Of a stretch of 64,000 bases of DNA, positions 53,723 through 64,000 are shown piece after piece (positions within the stretch are counted from its first letter, which is position 1; each line of letters opens with the position of its first letter). The notes below the pieces were generated by a model. That model was not told the DNA's origin, made no database searches, and saw nothing but the letters and a program-made list of their open reading frames with translations. The DNA comes from Verrucomicrobiota bacterium (lineage in GTDB: Bacteria > Verrucomicrobiota > Verrucomicrobiia > Opitutales > Seribacteraceae), in the NCBI GenBank assembly GCA_027622665.1, contig JAQBYT010000004.1, positions 96,001 through 160,000 of the forward strand, written 5' to 3'. The position numbers and the translations under genes are program-made.

Positions 53723-56673
53723 TGCAGAAATAGAAATTCGTTGGCGTTGAAGAGGATCCGGCAGAGTGCGGGGAGACCGTGTTCCTCGAGGTAGGTCTGT
53801 GCATCGTTGGCTTCGTCGGGTTTAGGTGTCCGGCCAAAGGTCCACGCATATGCTCTGGCAATTTGTTTTTTGTGGTCAGCGCCGGCTTCCTTGGCGATTC
53901 GTTCGGCGAAGCGTTGGGATAGGTCGGCCATGAAACCGCTGTTGAAGAGGTTGAGAGCCTGGATCGGGGTGGTGGAGCGGTTGCGGTTGGGCGCGACCTG
54001 ACCTCCGTCGGGGCAGTCGAAGGAGCCGAAGATCGCATCCTGTTCCATGCGGATGCGGAGCGTGTAGATCATCCGACGATAGTCTTGCGGGTCGAATTCA
54101 TCCTTTGGGATCCAGTTGCGGGCGTAATTGGCGTTTGGGACGAAGAGGAGGAAGCCCGGGCCATACATTTTCTGTTCTAGGGCACCAGCGAGAAGCAGTG
54201 CATTGTCCCGAATAGCTTCGGCCTCGAGTCGCCGGGGGGGGAAGCGCCAGAGTAACTCGCTTCCCGCATCCTTGGCTAGCCCATCCTTACGGGGCAGGGA
54301 TGCCTGGCGGTAGGTTTTCGAATGCAGGATGAGGCGGTGGATGTGTTTCACCGACCAACCGTTCTCAACTAATTCGTTAGCCAACCAGTCGAGCAGTTCC
54401 GGATGAGTCGGGCGGAATCCCATATCCCCGAAGTCCGAGGGGGTGGCCACGATCCCACGCCCGAAGTGATAGTGCCAGATACGGTTGACCATGACACGCG
54501 CGGTGAGAGGATTCTTGGGGTCTGTCAGCCACCTGGCGAAGGCTATGCGCCGCTCACGCTCCGGAGCCTCGGGTTTCATGCCGAAGGTTTTCAAGAGCGG
54601 CTTAAGGACGCTCAGGCCATCGGGGGCTACCATTTCCCTCGGGGAGAGCGGATCCCCTCGGTACATGATGCGGGTGGGGGAGGGCTGCCGGAAGGTGCCG
54701 GCATAGATATTCTTTGTGCTTGAGAGGTAGGCAATTTCCTTTTCCAGTTTCTTGAGTTCGGCCAACCAGACCCGGCCCTTTTCGGCATCGGCTTTCGAGT
54801 GGTTGGCGAAATCGTAGTCAGGAGTCGTCGAGGTCTTTTCGTTACCCAAGGGCAGTCGGTCATCTGAGCTTGAAAGCAAGTTCCACTTGCCTGGTTCCGT
54901 GGCTCCTTCGATGCGGTACTTAGTGGGGAGCCTGTCCTTGTAACTCCCAGTCCGATCACGGCCCCATTCGATGCGGTCGATGGTGACGGCTTCGGCTAGT
55001 TCCATCCCAACCCAGCCTTTGCCCATTTGGTTGGAAATCCAGCTTCGGTCATTCCCGTACTTGCCGTCATTAATATGAATGAGCTTATGCTTGGGGTTGT
55101 TGGCGTAGTCGCCCGAAGAGGTCAACTTGGCGCCTGTCGCGACGTTTTTCGAATCCTTCCCCGGGGTCCATAACTCGAGCTCGTCGATGCAGGGTGCGAT
55201 ATTGTTGTGGGTGGCTTCAATCGTGAGGCGTACGTATTTCGCCCGGGCAGGAGGGAAGGTTTCAATGTTTCTGGCAAAATCAACTTGGGAGCGGAAGCCT
55301 GGCTTGGGTCCAGCCGGTTCCTTGCCATTCGATGCCTCAAGGGCAATGACGTCCGCGGTCACCGCCGTGCCGGAACTTCCTCCCCGCAAAACGATCGATG
55401 TTTCCGGATTCAAGTCATGTACTCCGGCATCCTGGAATCCACTCCACAAGGGTTTGCTTAACACCTTCCCCTCACCGTTCGCAAACAACTGCTGGTTAAC
55501 GGTGGCGATGGTCTTTCGATCTTTGTCCGTGGTGGGGATGCCGTCGCCATCCAGTTGATAGAGGGCGTCCTTCGTATGCGTTTCCCATCCGCATCCCCAT
55601 GAAAGCCAGATGCGGTAGCGACCTTTGATTCGTGGACGGTAAACGGCCAGATCCTTGCCCGGTTTTTCGTTCCACCAAGTGTAGGTGCCGCCGCTCAGGT
55701 TGAGGGAACGCTTGTCGTTTCCCGGATCGTTCAGGAAACCCGGTTCGGTGCCTTTGGGGTTAAATCCCTTGCCGGCCGTTTTTTGGAGGAATTCGACTTG
55801 GCCTTTGTTTTCGTCATCGATGAGGACAATCTTTTCCTTGGACTGCGGAAGGAACCCCCTCAGCTTTAGGCGAAGATCAGCTTTCTCCTTATGGAATACT
55901 GCTAATTGCTGTTTCGCCTTCGACGAAGGAGGTATCTTCCGGTCTCCATGCTTCACGCCCTCGAATATCGCCTGCATGGAATAGAAGTCGACTTGCGAAA
56001 TCGGGTCGAACTTATGGTCATGGCAGCGGGCGCAGCCTACGGTCAAGCCCAAGAAGGCTGAGCCTGCGACGCCCACCATGTCGGCCAGTTCATTCGCGCG
56101 TTGTTGCTTGGCCAAGAGGGGATCCTTTCCGCCGACCTGGTCGCTTGGTCCGGCAACGATGAACCCGGTGGCAGCGTCCTGACCCACGGTATCGCCAGCA
56201 ATCTGCTCAAAGACAAACTGGTCGTAAGGCTTGTCCTCGTTGAAGGCTCGGATGACATAGTCGCGATAATGATAGGCATTGGGGCGCTCATGGTTTGTCT
56301 CAAAGCCGGCGCTGTCGGCATAGCGCACGACATCCAACCAGTGGCGGGCCCACCTCTCACCGTAACGGTGGCTGTCGAGAACCGTCTCCACCAACCTCTT
56401 GTAGGCGTCCTCTCCATTGTCCGCGACAAAGGCGTCCACTTCCTCTGGAGTGGGGAGCAATCCAAGCATGTCCAAGTAGATCCGCCGAATCAGTATGCGT
56501 TTGGACGCCTCTTTCGCTTGCTCCAAACCTTTTACCGAAAGCCGTTTCGTTACGAATTCGTCGATGCTCTTCCCAGATGAAGGACGCTCGGGGGGAAGCA
56601 GTGCCCAATGCGTCTTCGCCCCCATCAGGAGCGGGAGAAAAAGAAGGAACGCCAATTGTACTGTTTCGCGCAT
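53719..56673 (-). CDS. PSD1 protein (DUF1549 + beta-sandwich/discoidin F5/8-type inserts + DUF1553)
   Basis: 984 aa; HWALLPP, YGERWARHWLDVVRYAD, CARCHDHKFDP, HINDGKYGNDRSW and RVMVNRIWHYHFGRG. Its stop overlaps the DUF1501 start. Confidence 0.92.
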   Translation of the reverse strand: MRETVQLAFLLFLPLLMGAKTHWALLPPERPSSGKSIDEFVTKRLSVKGLEQAKEASKRILIRRIYLDMLGLLPTPEEVDAFVADNGEDAYKRLVETVLDSHRYGERWARHWLDVVRYADSAGFETNHERPNAYHYRDYVIRAFNEDKPYDQFVFEQIAGDTVGQDAATGFIVAGPSDQVGGKDPLLAKQQRANELADMVGVAGSAFLGLTVGCARCHDHKFDPISQVDFYSMQAIFEGVKHGDRKIPPSSKAKQQLAVFHKEKADLRLKLRGFLPQSKEKIVLIDDENKGQVEFLQKTAGKGFNPKGTEPGFLNDPGNDKRSLNLSGGTYTWWNEKPGKDLAVYRPRIKGRYRIWLSWGCGWETHTKDALYQLDGDGIPTTDKDRKTIATVNQQLFANGEGKVLSKPLWSGFQDAGVHDLNPETSIVLRGGSSGTAVTADVIALEASNGKEPAGPKPGFRSQVDFARNIETFPPARAKYVRLTIEATHNNIAPCIDELELWTPGKDSKNVATGAKLTSSGDYANNPKHKLIHINDGKYGNDRSWISNQMGKGWVGMELAEAVTIDRIEWGRDRTGSYKDRLPTKYRIEGATEPGKWNLLSSSDDRLPLGNEKTSTTPDYDFANHSKADAEKGRVWLAELKKLEKEIAYLSSTKNIYAGTFRQPSPTRIMYRGDPLSPREMVAPDGLSVLKPLLKTFGMKPEAPERERRIAFARWLTDPKNPLTARVMVNRIWHYHFGRGIVATPSDFGDMGFRPTHPELLDWLANELVENGWSVKHIHRLILHSKTYRQASLPRKDGLAKDAGSELLWRFPPRRLEAEAIRDNALLLAGALEQKMYGPGFLLFVPNANYARNWIPKDEFDPQDYRRMIYTLRIRMEQDAIFGSFDCPDGGQVAPNRNRSTTPIQALNLFNSGFMADLSQRFAERIAKEAGADHKKQIARAYAWTFGRTPKPDEANDAQTYLEEHGLPALCRILFNANEFLFLQ

Positions 56674-56715
56674 AGATGGATTACGAGTATATTATTAATT
56701 TGAATTTCTCGGCAA

Positions 56716-57990
56716 CTACTCTTTCCCTACGCACCATAAGTATTTTTTGCCCTTCAAAATAAGTTTACTTTCGGAGACGGCTGCCGATGCACGAGAGGAA
56801 TCACCGAGATCCGATTCACCGAGCAGTTCGAACTTCTCCGCCGCCCGAACAACCAGCGTTTTCCCTGCTGAGGCAATGAAGATGATTCCGTCCGAGGTGA
56901 TCACCGGACTGATCGCCGGATCGATTCCCTGAGGTAACCGCTCCTTGAACAATTCCTCGCCGGTGTTGATCCTGACGCATAGCAAAATACCAGGTTGGTT
57001 CATGCGAAACACTAGGTCGCCGTATGCCACTGGCGAACCAAGTCCTGACGGCGCCGGTCCTAGCTTCGTTTTTAGATGGGTGGCCGTGATGTCGCCTGTC
57101 CCTTCGGGGTCGACGATCAGGCCGGGCTGTCCGCCACGACCACCCATGCAGTAAACAAAACCCTTGGTCATTACCGGGGAGGAAACTGGCCAAATGTCAC
57201 GTCCCCATTTGCAGGACCAAATCACCTCGCCGTTGTTCGGGTCGACGCCTTGCAGCGCATGGGTTGCGCTCACCAAAAGCTGGGGGCGACCTTTCACTTG
57301 AGCGAGGACCGGAGTGGCATGGCCAAAGCTGGTTTTTTCGCGCTTGCGCTGCCAGCGTTGCTTGCCGGTGGCAGCATCGAATGCTTGAATCGTCGCTTTG
57401 GAAGACTTGCGATCGGTCAGCAGGATCACCGTGTCGCCGAAAACCATCGGGCTGACCGCCATTGCGACATCGAATGCCGCATGGTCAGGAATAACCTGCG
57501 ACCACACGGGTTTGCCATCGAGGGTTAGGGCATGAAGAATCGATGAACCGAATGCTGCGTAGACACGTTTGCCGTCGCTGGCAGGAGTGGGCGAGGCGTA
57601 ACCTCCCCGCAGGTCGGAAATCGTCCATGGACCCGGTTTTACGATGCGATCCCATAGCTGTTTGCCATCGGCCAAGCGGTAACAGGTGACGTGATGTTCC
57701 GGCTGGGTCGCCTTTCGGTCCGCGTTCGCCGCCCACACGCAACTCGTCACGAAAACACGACCATTTGCTACGATGGGGCTCCCTTGGTTGTGATCCGGGC
57801 TTCCATCGCCAAAGGGCAGGGGAACTTTCCAAAGGATGTTTTCTCCCGTCTTCGCGTCCCAGCGCAGTGGCAGCTTGGTTTCTTCCTGTATGACGCCCAT
57901 GCCGGTCGATCCGCGATAGCCGGGCCAGTCTTCCGCGGTTAACAGGATTGGGAAGAAGAGACTTAGGACAATTACATTATGGATCACCAT
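56716..57990 (-). CDS. PQQ-binding-like (BamB-like) beta-propeller protein
   Basis: EDWPGYRG, ENILWK, ASPTPASDG and repeated AFDAATGKQRW-type blades. Confidence 0.88.
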   Translation of the reverse strand: MVIHNVIVLSLFFPILLTAEDWPGYRGSTGMGVIQEETKLPLRWDAKTGENILWKVPLPFGDGSPDHNQGSPIVANGRVFVTSCVWAANADRKATQPEHHVTCYRLADGKQLWDRIVKPGPWTISDLRGGYASPTPASDGKRVYAAFGSSILHALTLDGKPVWSQVIPDHAAFDVAMAVSPMVFGDTVILLTDRKSSKATIQAFDAATGKQRWQRKREKTSFGHATPVLAQVKGRPQLLVSATHALQGVDPNNGEVIWSCKWGRDIWPVSSPVMTKGFVYCMGGRGGQPGLIVDPEGTGDITATHLKTKLGPAPSGLGSPVAYGDLVFRMNQPGILLCVRINTGEELFKERLPQGIDPAISPVITSDGIIFIASAGKTLVVRAAEKFELLGESDLGDSSRASAAVSESKLILKGKKYLWCVGKE

Positions 57991-58132
57991 TTTTGTAATG
58001 ATGCGTTGAGAGGTGAAAGGATCAAGCGTGGAACAGAGCCATTTTTCAATCAATGAATCTGGGGGTGGCTAATGCTCGCTAGGATTTATGACTTTTGTCG
58101 CGTGCGTTTGCCGTTGAGCATGGCGCCGATCA

Positions 58133-61100
58133 TTACTTGTCCAGTTCCTCTTCTGTCCACGGTTTGTCGCGATTCTTTGTCGCCTCTCTTACCGATTTCA
58201 CCTCATGCGGGCTCACCGTGCCGCTCCCTTGCCCGAATTCCTTCCGAATGAAGGTCAGTACATCGGCAATCTGTTTATCGGTTAGGCCGCCCATCGCTGG
58301 CATCGGTACGGAGTTCGGTTTGTCACCATGCACTTGGCCCGCCACGGAGATGGGACCAGTTAAGCCGTGTAGAACGGTTTTGATGAGTCTGGCCTTGTCT
58401 TTGCCGCTAACCCAATCGCTTCCCGCGAGTGGTGGGTAGACGCCTGGTAGGCCCTTGCCTCCGGGTTGATGGCACGCCAGGCAGGCCGTCTCATAAATCT
58501 TTTCTCCTGGTGCTCGTGGTTTTGGAATTTCGCCGAGAAGTCTACGCAAATACTCGCGTTGAACATCGCTGTCCAGAGAAAGCTGGCCATCCGCAAAGGC
58601 CGTGGCCCAATACGACTGGAGGGCACGTGCGCTCTGGCGAATCGCGTAGTCCAGAAAGGGATCGCGCGGTTGATCAAGGGCTGCTGCGACGACTTTAATC
58701 GATTCGGACTGTGGCAGGTAGCTCGTGGCAATGACGGCTTCGAGACGGACGCGGGGATGCTGATCCACGACCCTAGCGTTCAGGAGGCTGAGGGGATCGT
58801 CCAATGCCCCGGCCCACATTCCCGTCACGCGGGTGGCGTAGGCTCGAACTCGGGCGTCCTCCGAGTTCAGAAGACGTTTCAGTAACCCCGGGTGCGGCGA
58901 TTCGTGAGCCTGGAAAATGCCGATCAGTTCGAGTCGTTGCTGATCATTTTCCGCCTTTTCAATCAACGCCGTTGCCGCCGGGATCACGGCCGCCGTCGGG
59001 GCGTCAAACAACAGCCGCTTAGCCTGGTACCGGGTCCAGCGTTCGGGCGATTGCAGCTGGTCGAGCAATTCTGCGGGTGACATCGCGGCGAGGTCGGGTT
59101 GTTTGATGGGATCGCGATTTTTCGCCGTGATCCGCCAGATGCGGCCGTGAGTCATATCGCGTCGGGGATCGGCGTAGCTCGCTTGGTAGTGGCCGATTAC
59201 CGGATTGTACCAATCGGCCAAATACATACCGCCATCCGGACCGACACTAACATCGACAGGACGAAACGCGTTGTTCGATGATTTCAGTAACTTGGGCAGC
59301 TGGGTCGTTTTAAAGCCGGAACCCGCATCTTCGAAACGGTGCAGCTCGACCACGGCTCCGAAATAACCGCCTATCAGAGCGCTGCCCTGAATTTCGTCGG
59401 GCAGGGCGCGGGTGCCGATGATATCGAGCGAAGTCGTCTTGGGTGATGTTTCAAAAAGCGGTCCGACGGAGTGGTATTGTTCGGGCGATGCGCGGTAGGA
59501 AGCGCTGGCCTCGGTTTCCGAACTACTACCCGTCGAGCTGGCCCCGCTTACCATGCCGGGGACAGACCAATAGCCCTGGGGACGGTCGCCGGATTTGTGA
59601 AAAACCTGTCCGTAGTCATCAAAGGCGATACCCCAGCAATTAGCTCCCGCCATTCCGCCGCCGAAAAAGCCTTCTAGCAGCAAGGTTCGCGGATTAAAGC
59701 GCCACAGTGCGGCCCGGTCGAGTCGCTTGATTCCCCAGGGAGTCTCGACTCTCGACATGGCGTGTAGGCCCTGACTGAACCACAACGTGCCGTCCGGACC
59801 GTGGCAGATGCTGTTGATAAGCTGGTGAGTGTCGCCGATCCCAAATCCAGAAAAAATGACACGGTGCTCGTCCGCTTTTCCGTCGCCATCCGTATCGCGC
59901 AGGTGGAGGAGGCGATCGAAATCGCAAACATAAACCCCGCCTTTCCCTCCCCCGGGTTCAACTCCCTGAACCATGGTCAGGCCATCGGCGAAGGTCCACG
60001 ACTTATCGGCCTTGCCGTCGCCATCGGTATCTTCAACGATCTGGATGTAGTCGGAATTGTCCGAGCCGGCGAGAGATTGTGGATAAGACGGCGAGCAGGC
60101 CGCGTAGAGTCGCCCGCGTTCGTCCCAGGCGATTTGCACGGGGTTGACCACACCGTGTTCCTCGGAGGCAAATAGATTGACCTCGTATCCCTCCGCCATC
60201 TCGAAAGTGGCCTGTTGTTCCTCCGGGGTGAGAGCTTTCGAGGCACTGGCATGAGAGGTTTTTCTTTTAGGCAATTTCAGGTGAGTGGCCGATTCGCCAA
60301 GAGCGAGAGCGTGAATCCGAGCGTCAGCGGACTTAACGAGCGGAAGCTGGGCGTTGAAGGCCGCCTGCAGGGAAGACCCCTGTCCACCCGGCTTCCCATA
60401 CATTTGATTGACTCGATCTCCGTAGACGAAGGACCAGTTCGCGGGTCGCCAGCAATCGAACCAGAGCCGGTTTTTGAGGATGACTGCTGTGTTCAATTGT
60501 GGCTTTGATAAAAGGCTTTCCACATCTTGTTCAAGGCTGCCGACAATAGCTCGGCTAACAGTCTTCAATCCGCGGCCCGTGAGATGGACGCCGTTTTCAG
60601 TTCGCCGTTCCCCGGTTAGTCCTGACAGATTCACAAAAACAGCGCCGCGTTGTTTCGCGATCTCTCGGATTGCGTTCGTATAAGCGACGACATCACCATT
60701 CCGATTCGACATATCTGGCGCATGCGAAGCAAGCGGCTTCTCGAAAGGCATTGGCGAGACTAGAACGAGGCGTTTGGTTCGGGCTGCGAATTGATCCAGC
60801 AACCGGTGAAAGGCGGTGATGAACTCGGGTAAACGCTCCATTCCATCGAGCGCTTCCATTTGCCCGAATTGAGCGATCACCATCGTCGCGCCAACCGCTT
60901 CCAATTGCTCCGACCAGGTTCCGAAGTTCAGTTCGCGCCATTGCTGGTAAACCGTGTCCGCCTCCCACGCCATGGGCCGAAAGACGGGCTTTTTATCCGC
61001 GTAGGCCAATCCTAACAAAGACTCAATATTCCCCGCCTTTTGTTCCCGCACGAAATTCTCCTGGCCGGCGAAGACAATCACCTCGTTCTTGCCCACTTTG

Positions 61101-61807
61101 AACTTTCCCTCGGAAAAGGGAGCGAGAGGTGCGGACGGTTGCGCTTTGCCGAAACGCCTCAAAATCAACCCATCGGGCGGAACGGCTGATTTGGGCAAAT
61201 CCTCGATCGTGATATTGCGAAAGGAAATTTCGGCCTTGCAGTCACCGTGAATCTGAAGGGCGATTTTGCCCTCCTTCGCAATTTCCGGGTTCGACTCGCG
61301 GTAGATCGCCGTCCGCTGACCATTGATGAAAAGAAGGATCAGATTTCCATCGGCGATCACTTCGTAGCGATTCCATTTGCCAGTTTTTTCAAGATGTCTG
61401 ACGAACTCCTTATCAGCCTGGGCAAGAAACTTGCGGCGACGTGATTCGTCGTAAAGGCATCCCGTCCAGCCTGCTCCAATATCCGCCTGAAACCCTGACA
61501 TTTCGTTAGGCGGATCGGATATTCGCTCGCTCCGGAACTGCACCCCGCCATTGACGAAACCTTCGGTGCCGACCAACTTGTATTCAAAACGCAAGTGGAA
61601 ATTCCGGTAGGACTCGGTTGTGGCGAGGAACTCGTTTTTGGGATTCCCCGCCATCGAGCCTCCGATGATAACGCCATTCTCAATGTGCCAAACCTTATTC
61701 GTCTCGCCCTCCCAGCCGTTGAAGGTTTTGCCATCAAAAAGGGTGACCGGAGCGGAAAATGTAGCAGTAGTGAGCCAAAAAAATGTGCAGACAAGGCAGA
61801 ATCTCAT
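58133..61807 (-). CDS. PVC-type heme-binding CxxCH protein (DUF1080 + SGNH + dehydrogenase-like propeller + HEAT repeats + cytochrome c)
   Basis: LFDGKTFNGW and IALQIH (DUF1080); ENGVHLT (SGNH); FASEEHGVVNPVQIAWDERGRL; FRPVDVSVGPDG; CLACHQPGGKG...PPLAGS. Confidence 0.88.
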   Translation of the reverse strand: MRFCLVCTFFWLTTATFSAPVTLFDGKTFNGWEGETNKVWHIENGVIIGGSMAGNPKNEFLATTESYRNFHLRFEYKLVGTEGFVNGGVQFRSERISDPPNEMSGFQADIGAGWTGCLYDESRRRKFLAQADKEFVRHLEKTGKWNRYEVIADGNLILLFINGQRTAIYRESNPEIAKEGKIALQIHGDCKAEISFRNITIEDLPKSAVPPDGLILRRFGKAQPSAPLAPFSEGKFKVGKNEVIVFAGQENFVREQKAGNIESLLGLAYADKKPVFRPMAWEADTVYQQWRELNFGTWSEQLEAVGATMVIAQFGQMEALDGMERLPEFITAFHRLLDQFAARTKRLVLVSPMPFEKPLASHAPDMSNRNGDVVAYTNAIREIAKQRGAVFVNLSGLTGERRTENGVHLTGRGLKTVSRAIVGSLEQDVESLLSKPQLNTAVILKNRLWFDCWRPANWSFVYGDRVNQMYGKPGGQGSSLQAAFNAQLPLVKSADARIHALALGESATHLKLPKRKTSHASASKALTPEEQQATFEMAEGYEVNLFASEEHGVVNPVQIAWDERGRLYAACSPSYPQSLAGSDNSDYIQIVEDTDGDGKADKSWTFADGLTMVQGVEPGGGKGGVYVCDFDRLLHLRDTDGDGKADEHRVIFSGFGIGDTHQLINSICHGPDGTLWFSQGLHAMSRVETPWGIKRLDRAALWRFNPRTLLLEGFFGGGMAGANCWGIAFDDYGQVFHKSGDRPQGYWSVPGMVSGASSTGSSSETEASASYRASPEQYHSVGPLFETSPKTTSLDIIGTRALPDEIQGSALIGGYFGAVVELHRFEDAGSGFKTTQLPKLLKSSNNAFRPVDVSVGPDGGMYLADWYNPVIGHYQASYADPRRDMTHGRIWRITAKNRDPIKQPDLAAMSPAELLDQLQSPERWTRYQAKRLLFDAPTAAVIPAATALIEKAENDQQRLELIGIFQAHESPHPGLLKRLLNSEDARVRAYATRVTGMWAGALDDPLSLLNARVVDQHPRVRLEAVIATSYLPQSESIKVVAAALDQPRDPFLDYAIRQSARALQSYWATAFADGQLSLDSDVQREYLRRLLGEIPKPRAPGEKIYETACLACHQPGGKGLPGVYPPLAGSDWVSGKDKARLIKTVLHGLTGPISVAGQVHGDKPNSVPMPAMGGLTDKQIADVLTFIRKEFGQGSGTVSPHEVKSVREATKNRDKPWTEEELDK

Positions 61808-61894
61808 GATTTCGTTATATTATTTTTGATTTAGATTCAAGACGACTGGAGATTATTTGATTATCTACTGCCATGTTGCCTGACAATCAGTTAA

Positions 61895-61981
61895 AGGTAC
61901 ATATGACGCTCAAGGGTTTCAGAGGCTAAATTCAGATCTCTATTGAAGTGCTTTTCCTGGGATGCGGAAGCCTCGAAGATT
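61895..61981 (+). mobile_element. IS1595-family transposase N-terminal relic
   Basis: Hand translation RYI*RSRVSEAKFRSLLKCFSWDAEASKI resembles the IS1595-family N-terminus RSRISEAKFRxLLxxFxxDxxAxxI. Contains a stop and is truncated. Confidence 0.6.
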
Positions 61982-61984
61982 GAA

Positions 61985-62190
61985 GTTGCGCCTGGCGTGT
62001 AGAGATTGCTTGCCGAATTTGTCAGTATTCTTGTCACCAATGCCGTAATTATGTTCGGCGACCTCCGTCTCCTTTGAAATATCCGTAAGTTTTTGGGGCT
62101 TCATATGTAGGCGACAAGCGAGTTCGCATGCCTTGCTGGCGGCATCTAGACGATCGGCGGCAGGAGAGCGGGCTGTTTGAAGTCAAGCTG
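61985..62190 (-). pseudogene. Internal DUF1501 fragment (relic)
   Basis: RLDAASKACELACRLHMKPQKLTDISKETEVAEHNYGIGDKNTDKFGKQSLHARR aligns with the ELAxxMQ...DxSxE...YG...FGxQCLLARR segment of the DUF1501 genes in this window. Confidence 0.6.
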
Positions 62191-62227
62191 TTTTAATGCG
62201 GGCTAGCCCCATGCACTCAAGAACACA

Positions 62228-62974
62228 TTAATTCTTTATGATCTCAAGGAGTTCGCATTCGAAGATCAAAGTGTCGCCTGGTTTGATCTTGCCGCCGGGT
62301 CGAGGGTTGTCGCCGTAACCCAACTCGCTTGGGATGTAAATTCGCACCTTGCCGCCGACTTTTACTTTTGTGAGTCCACCGGAGAATCCCTTGATGACGC
62401 CACGCATGGGAAAGCTTGCAGGTTGCTGTCGCTCCACGGAACTGTCAAATACCGTGCCGTCGGTCAATGTTCCGTGATAGTGCAGTCGCACCGTATCGTT
62501 CATGGTGGGATTTGGGCCTGTTCCTTCCTTTAGGATTTCGTAAAGGAATCCGGAAGGATCTTTCAATACGCCTTCCTTTTGCTGCAAGTCGGCAAGGAAT
62601 TGTTTTCCCTTAGCTTTGTTTACAGTAGACGTCTTTGCTCCTGACGATTGCTTGGCCTCACGAGCAATCTCCATCTTCCCTCGCATAATTGCTTCTATTT
62701 TGGGCTGGAGACTTTGTACCTCCGGCGGGATTTCCTTGAGCTTTATTCCTTTTACAATTCCGGATACAATCAACTCGATTTCCTTGTCCGAAAATTCCAT
62801 CCGCGAAAGTCCCGAACCTTGTGCGAACATCATGCCGATGGCTTCGTAAACCTTCTGATCCGGTTGAGGTTCCTTCTCGGCGGCGCTTCCCAATGATGCG
62901 AGTAAAATTGAACTTATTGCGAAAAAGCCCAACGTCTTCATTCCTGCCCTAATTGAATTGGAGTTATTTTTCAT
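62228..62974 (-). CDS. FKBP-type peptidyl-prolyl cis-trans isomerase (FkpA/Mip-like)
   Basis: VRLHYHGTLTDGTVFDSS, VIKGF, IPSELGYG and TLIFECELL; signal peptide (the start may be the downstream MKTLG). Confidence 0.95.
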   Translation of the reverse strand: MKNNSNSIRAGMKTLGFFAISSILLASLGSAAEKEPQPDQKVYEAIGMMFAQGSGLSRMEFSDKEIELIVSGIVKGIKLKEIPPEVQSLQPKIEAIMRGKMEIAREAKQSSGAKTSTVNKAKGKQFLADLQQKEGVLKDPSGFLYEILKEGTGPNPTMNDTVRLHYHGTLTDGTVFDSSVERQQPASFPMRGVIKGFSGGLTKVKVGGKVRIYIPSELGYGDNPRPGGKIKPGDTLIFECELLEIIKN

Positions 62975-63164
62975 GCAAGAAAACTCGCTTCTGTGGGGAT
63001 CGAGTCAATCGAAATCAACTGATTTCTCTTCTTGAATTATTACGAAAACAATCGCATCGAACTGTGTGCTTGAGTAATAATTGCTGGAGTTGATTCTGAT
63101 CTCTTGTCTTGTTCTGGCGGAAGAGAGCGCGTTAACCTTTTCGAATGCTCGTATTTAACAAACT

Positions 63165-63455
63165 ATGAAACAGACATTCAATCTAGTGCACCCCAAAATC
63201 AAATTTCCCAGGCTTGTGGATGCAGTGAGAGGCGATGTCAACAAATACCTAAAGAGAGAGCGAAGAAAAGAGCTGCCGGAGAAATTCGACTTCTGGGATT
63301 TCGACTGCAAATTCGGCCCGACTGCCGAAGAGGCAAAAGTCATTCATGTGGCTGAAATCGGAAAATTCATTGATGCCGCCGAAGTGGAACAGTTGAAGTC
63401 GTTTTATGTTGAAATTTTGGCCAAGGCAGCTCGTAGGACAAAAAAGCCCAAATGA
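63165..63455 (+). CDS. DUF6172-like small conserved protein
   Basis: 96 aa; KYLKRERRKELP..FDFWDFDCKFG and FYVEILAK. Confidence 0.75.
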   Translation: MKQTFNLVHPKIKFPRLVDAVRGDVNKYLKRERRKELPEKFDFWDFDCKFGPTAEEAKVIHVAEIGKFIDAAEVEQLKSFYVEILAKAARRTKKPK

Positions 63456-63492
63456 ATTTCGAAGCGGAAACACCGAAGTCCGCTTTTAAATT

Positions 63493-64000
63493 TTATCCGA
63501 AGATGTCGAGCACTGGCTTGCCGGCAGTGAGGGGGCGGGAAGCACCGGAATTCTCTGTAGCCGGGTCTAGGGATATGCCCATTGCGTGCAGGACGGTGGC
63601 ATGGATGTCTTGAGGGTGAACCGGGTCGCTCTCAGGTTCGGATCCGATTCTGTCCGACTTGCCGTAGACTGCACCACCACGAATGCCGCAACCTGCGAGG
63701 ATGGCTGAGAAACATTTCGGCCAGTGTTGACGACCCGGAGGTTGCTGGGTGAGAACTTTTGGGGTGCGACCAAACTCTCCCATAACCACGACGAGCGTAT
63801 CGTCCATCATGCCGCTTGCCTTAAGGTCGGTGAATAAACCGTACAAGGCTTGATCCAGACGCGGCAGGCAGAAGCCCATGCCATAGGAACCGTTTCCAAA
63901 GGCATTTCCCATGCCCATATTTCCCCCATGCATATCCCAGCTAGAACTGGGCGGTCCCTTCTTGTCGTGCGGTGCCTGTCCGGCCCAGCCGTTGACGGTA
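63493..64000 (-). CDS. DUF1501-family protein, 3' part (runs off the window)
   Basis: Frame open to the right edge (TVNGWAGQ...SSWDMHG); LDQAL, TLVVVMGEFGRTPK, GRQHWP and GGAVYGKSD. Confidence 0.88.
   Translation of the reverse strand, partial: TVNGWAGQAPHDKKGPPSSSWDMHGGNMGMGNAFGNGSYGMGFCLPRLDQALYGLFTDLKASGMMDDTLVVVMGEFGRTPKVLTQQPPGRQHWPKCFSAILAGCGIRGGAVYGKSDRIGSEPESDPVHPQDIHATVLHAMGISLDPATENSGASRPLTAGKPVLDIFG

Overview
This is a GC-rich (by eye about 55-60%) bacterial window whose gene content points to the PVC superphylum, most likely a marine Verrucomicrobiota or Planctomycetota genome (inference from gene families). Almost all real genes lie on the minus strand, often coupled by ATGA/GTGA overlaps, and most encode exported proteins. 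These include three PSD1-type (DUF1549/DUF1553) heme proteins, DUF1501 proteins, PVC-type heme/propeller proteins, esterases, an SSS transporter and katG. The core (about 13.7-36.6 kb) is a DUF1592 cytochrome c + Tat-exported DUF1552 + uncharacterised exported protein ('X') module present three times. X occurs as five paralogues with a conserved scaffold and variable loops, and this module is the best candidate for an undescribed system. A roughly 2.4 kb AT-rich cassette (DUF1611-like P-loop protein plus an isoaspartyl peptidase lacking a canonical start codon) has replaced the middle of a lactonase gene. Several decay scars are visible: a DUF1592::esterase chimera, a DJ-1::sugar-isomerase chimera, a truncated phosphoesterase, an IS1595 relic abutting a DUF1501 relic, and a DUF1501 gene split at a G10 tract. 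I found no rRNA, tRNA or CRISPR array. Family names come from motif recognition by eye, not from database searches.
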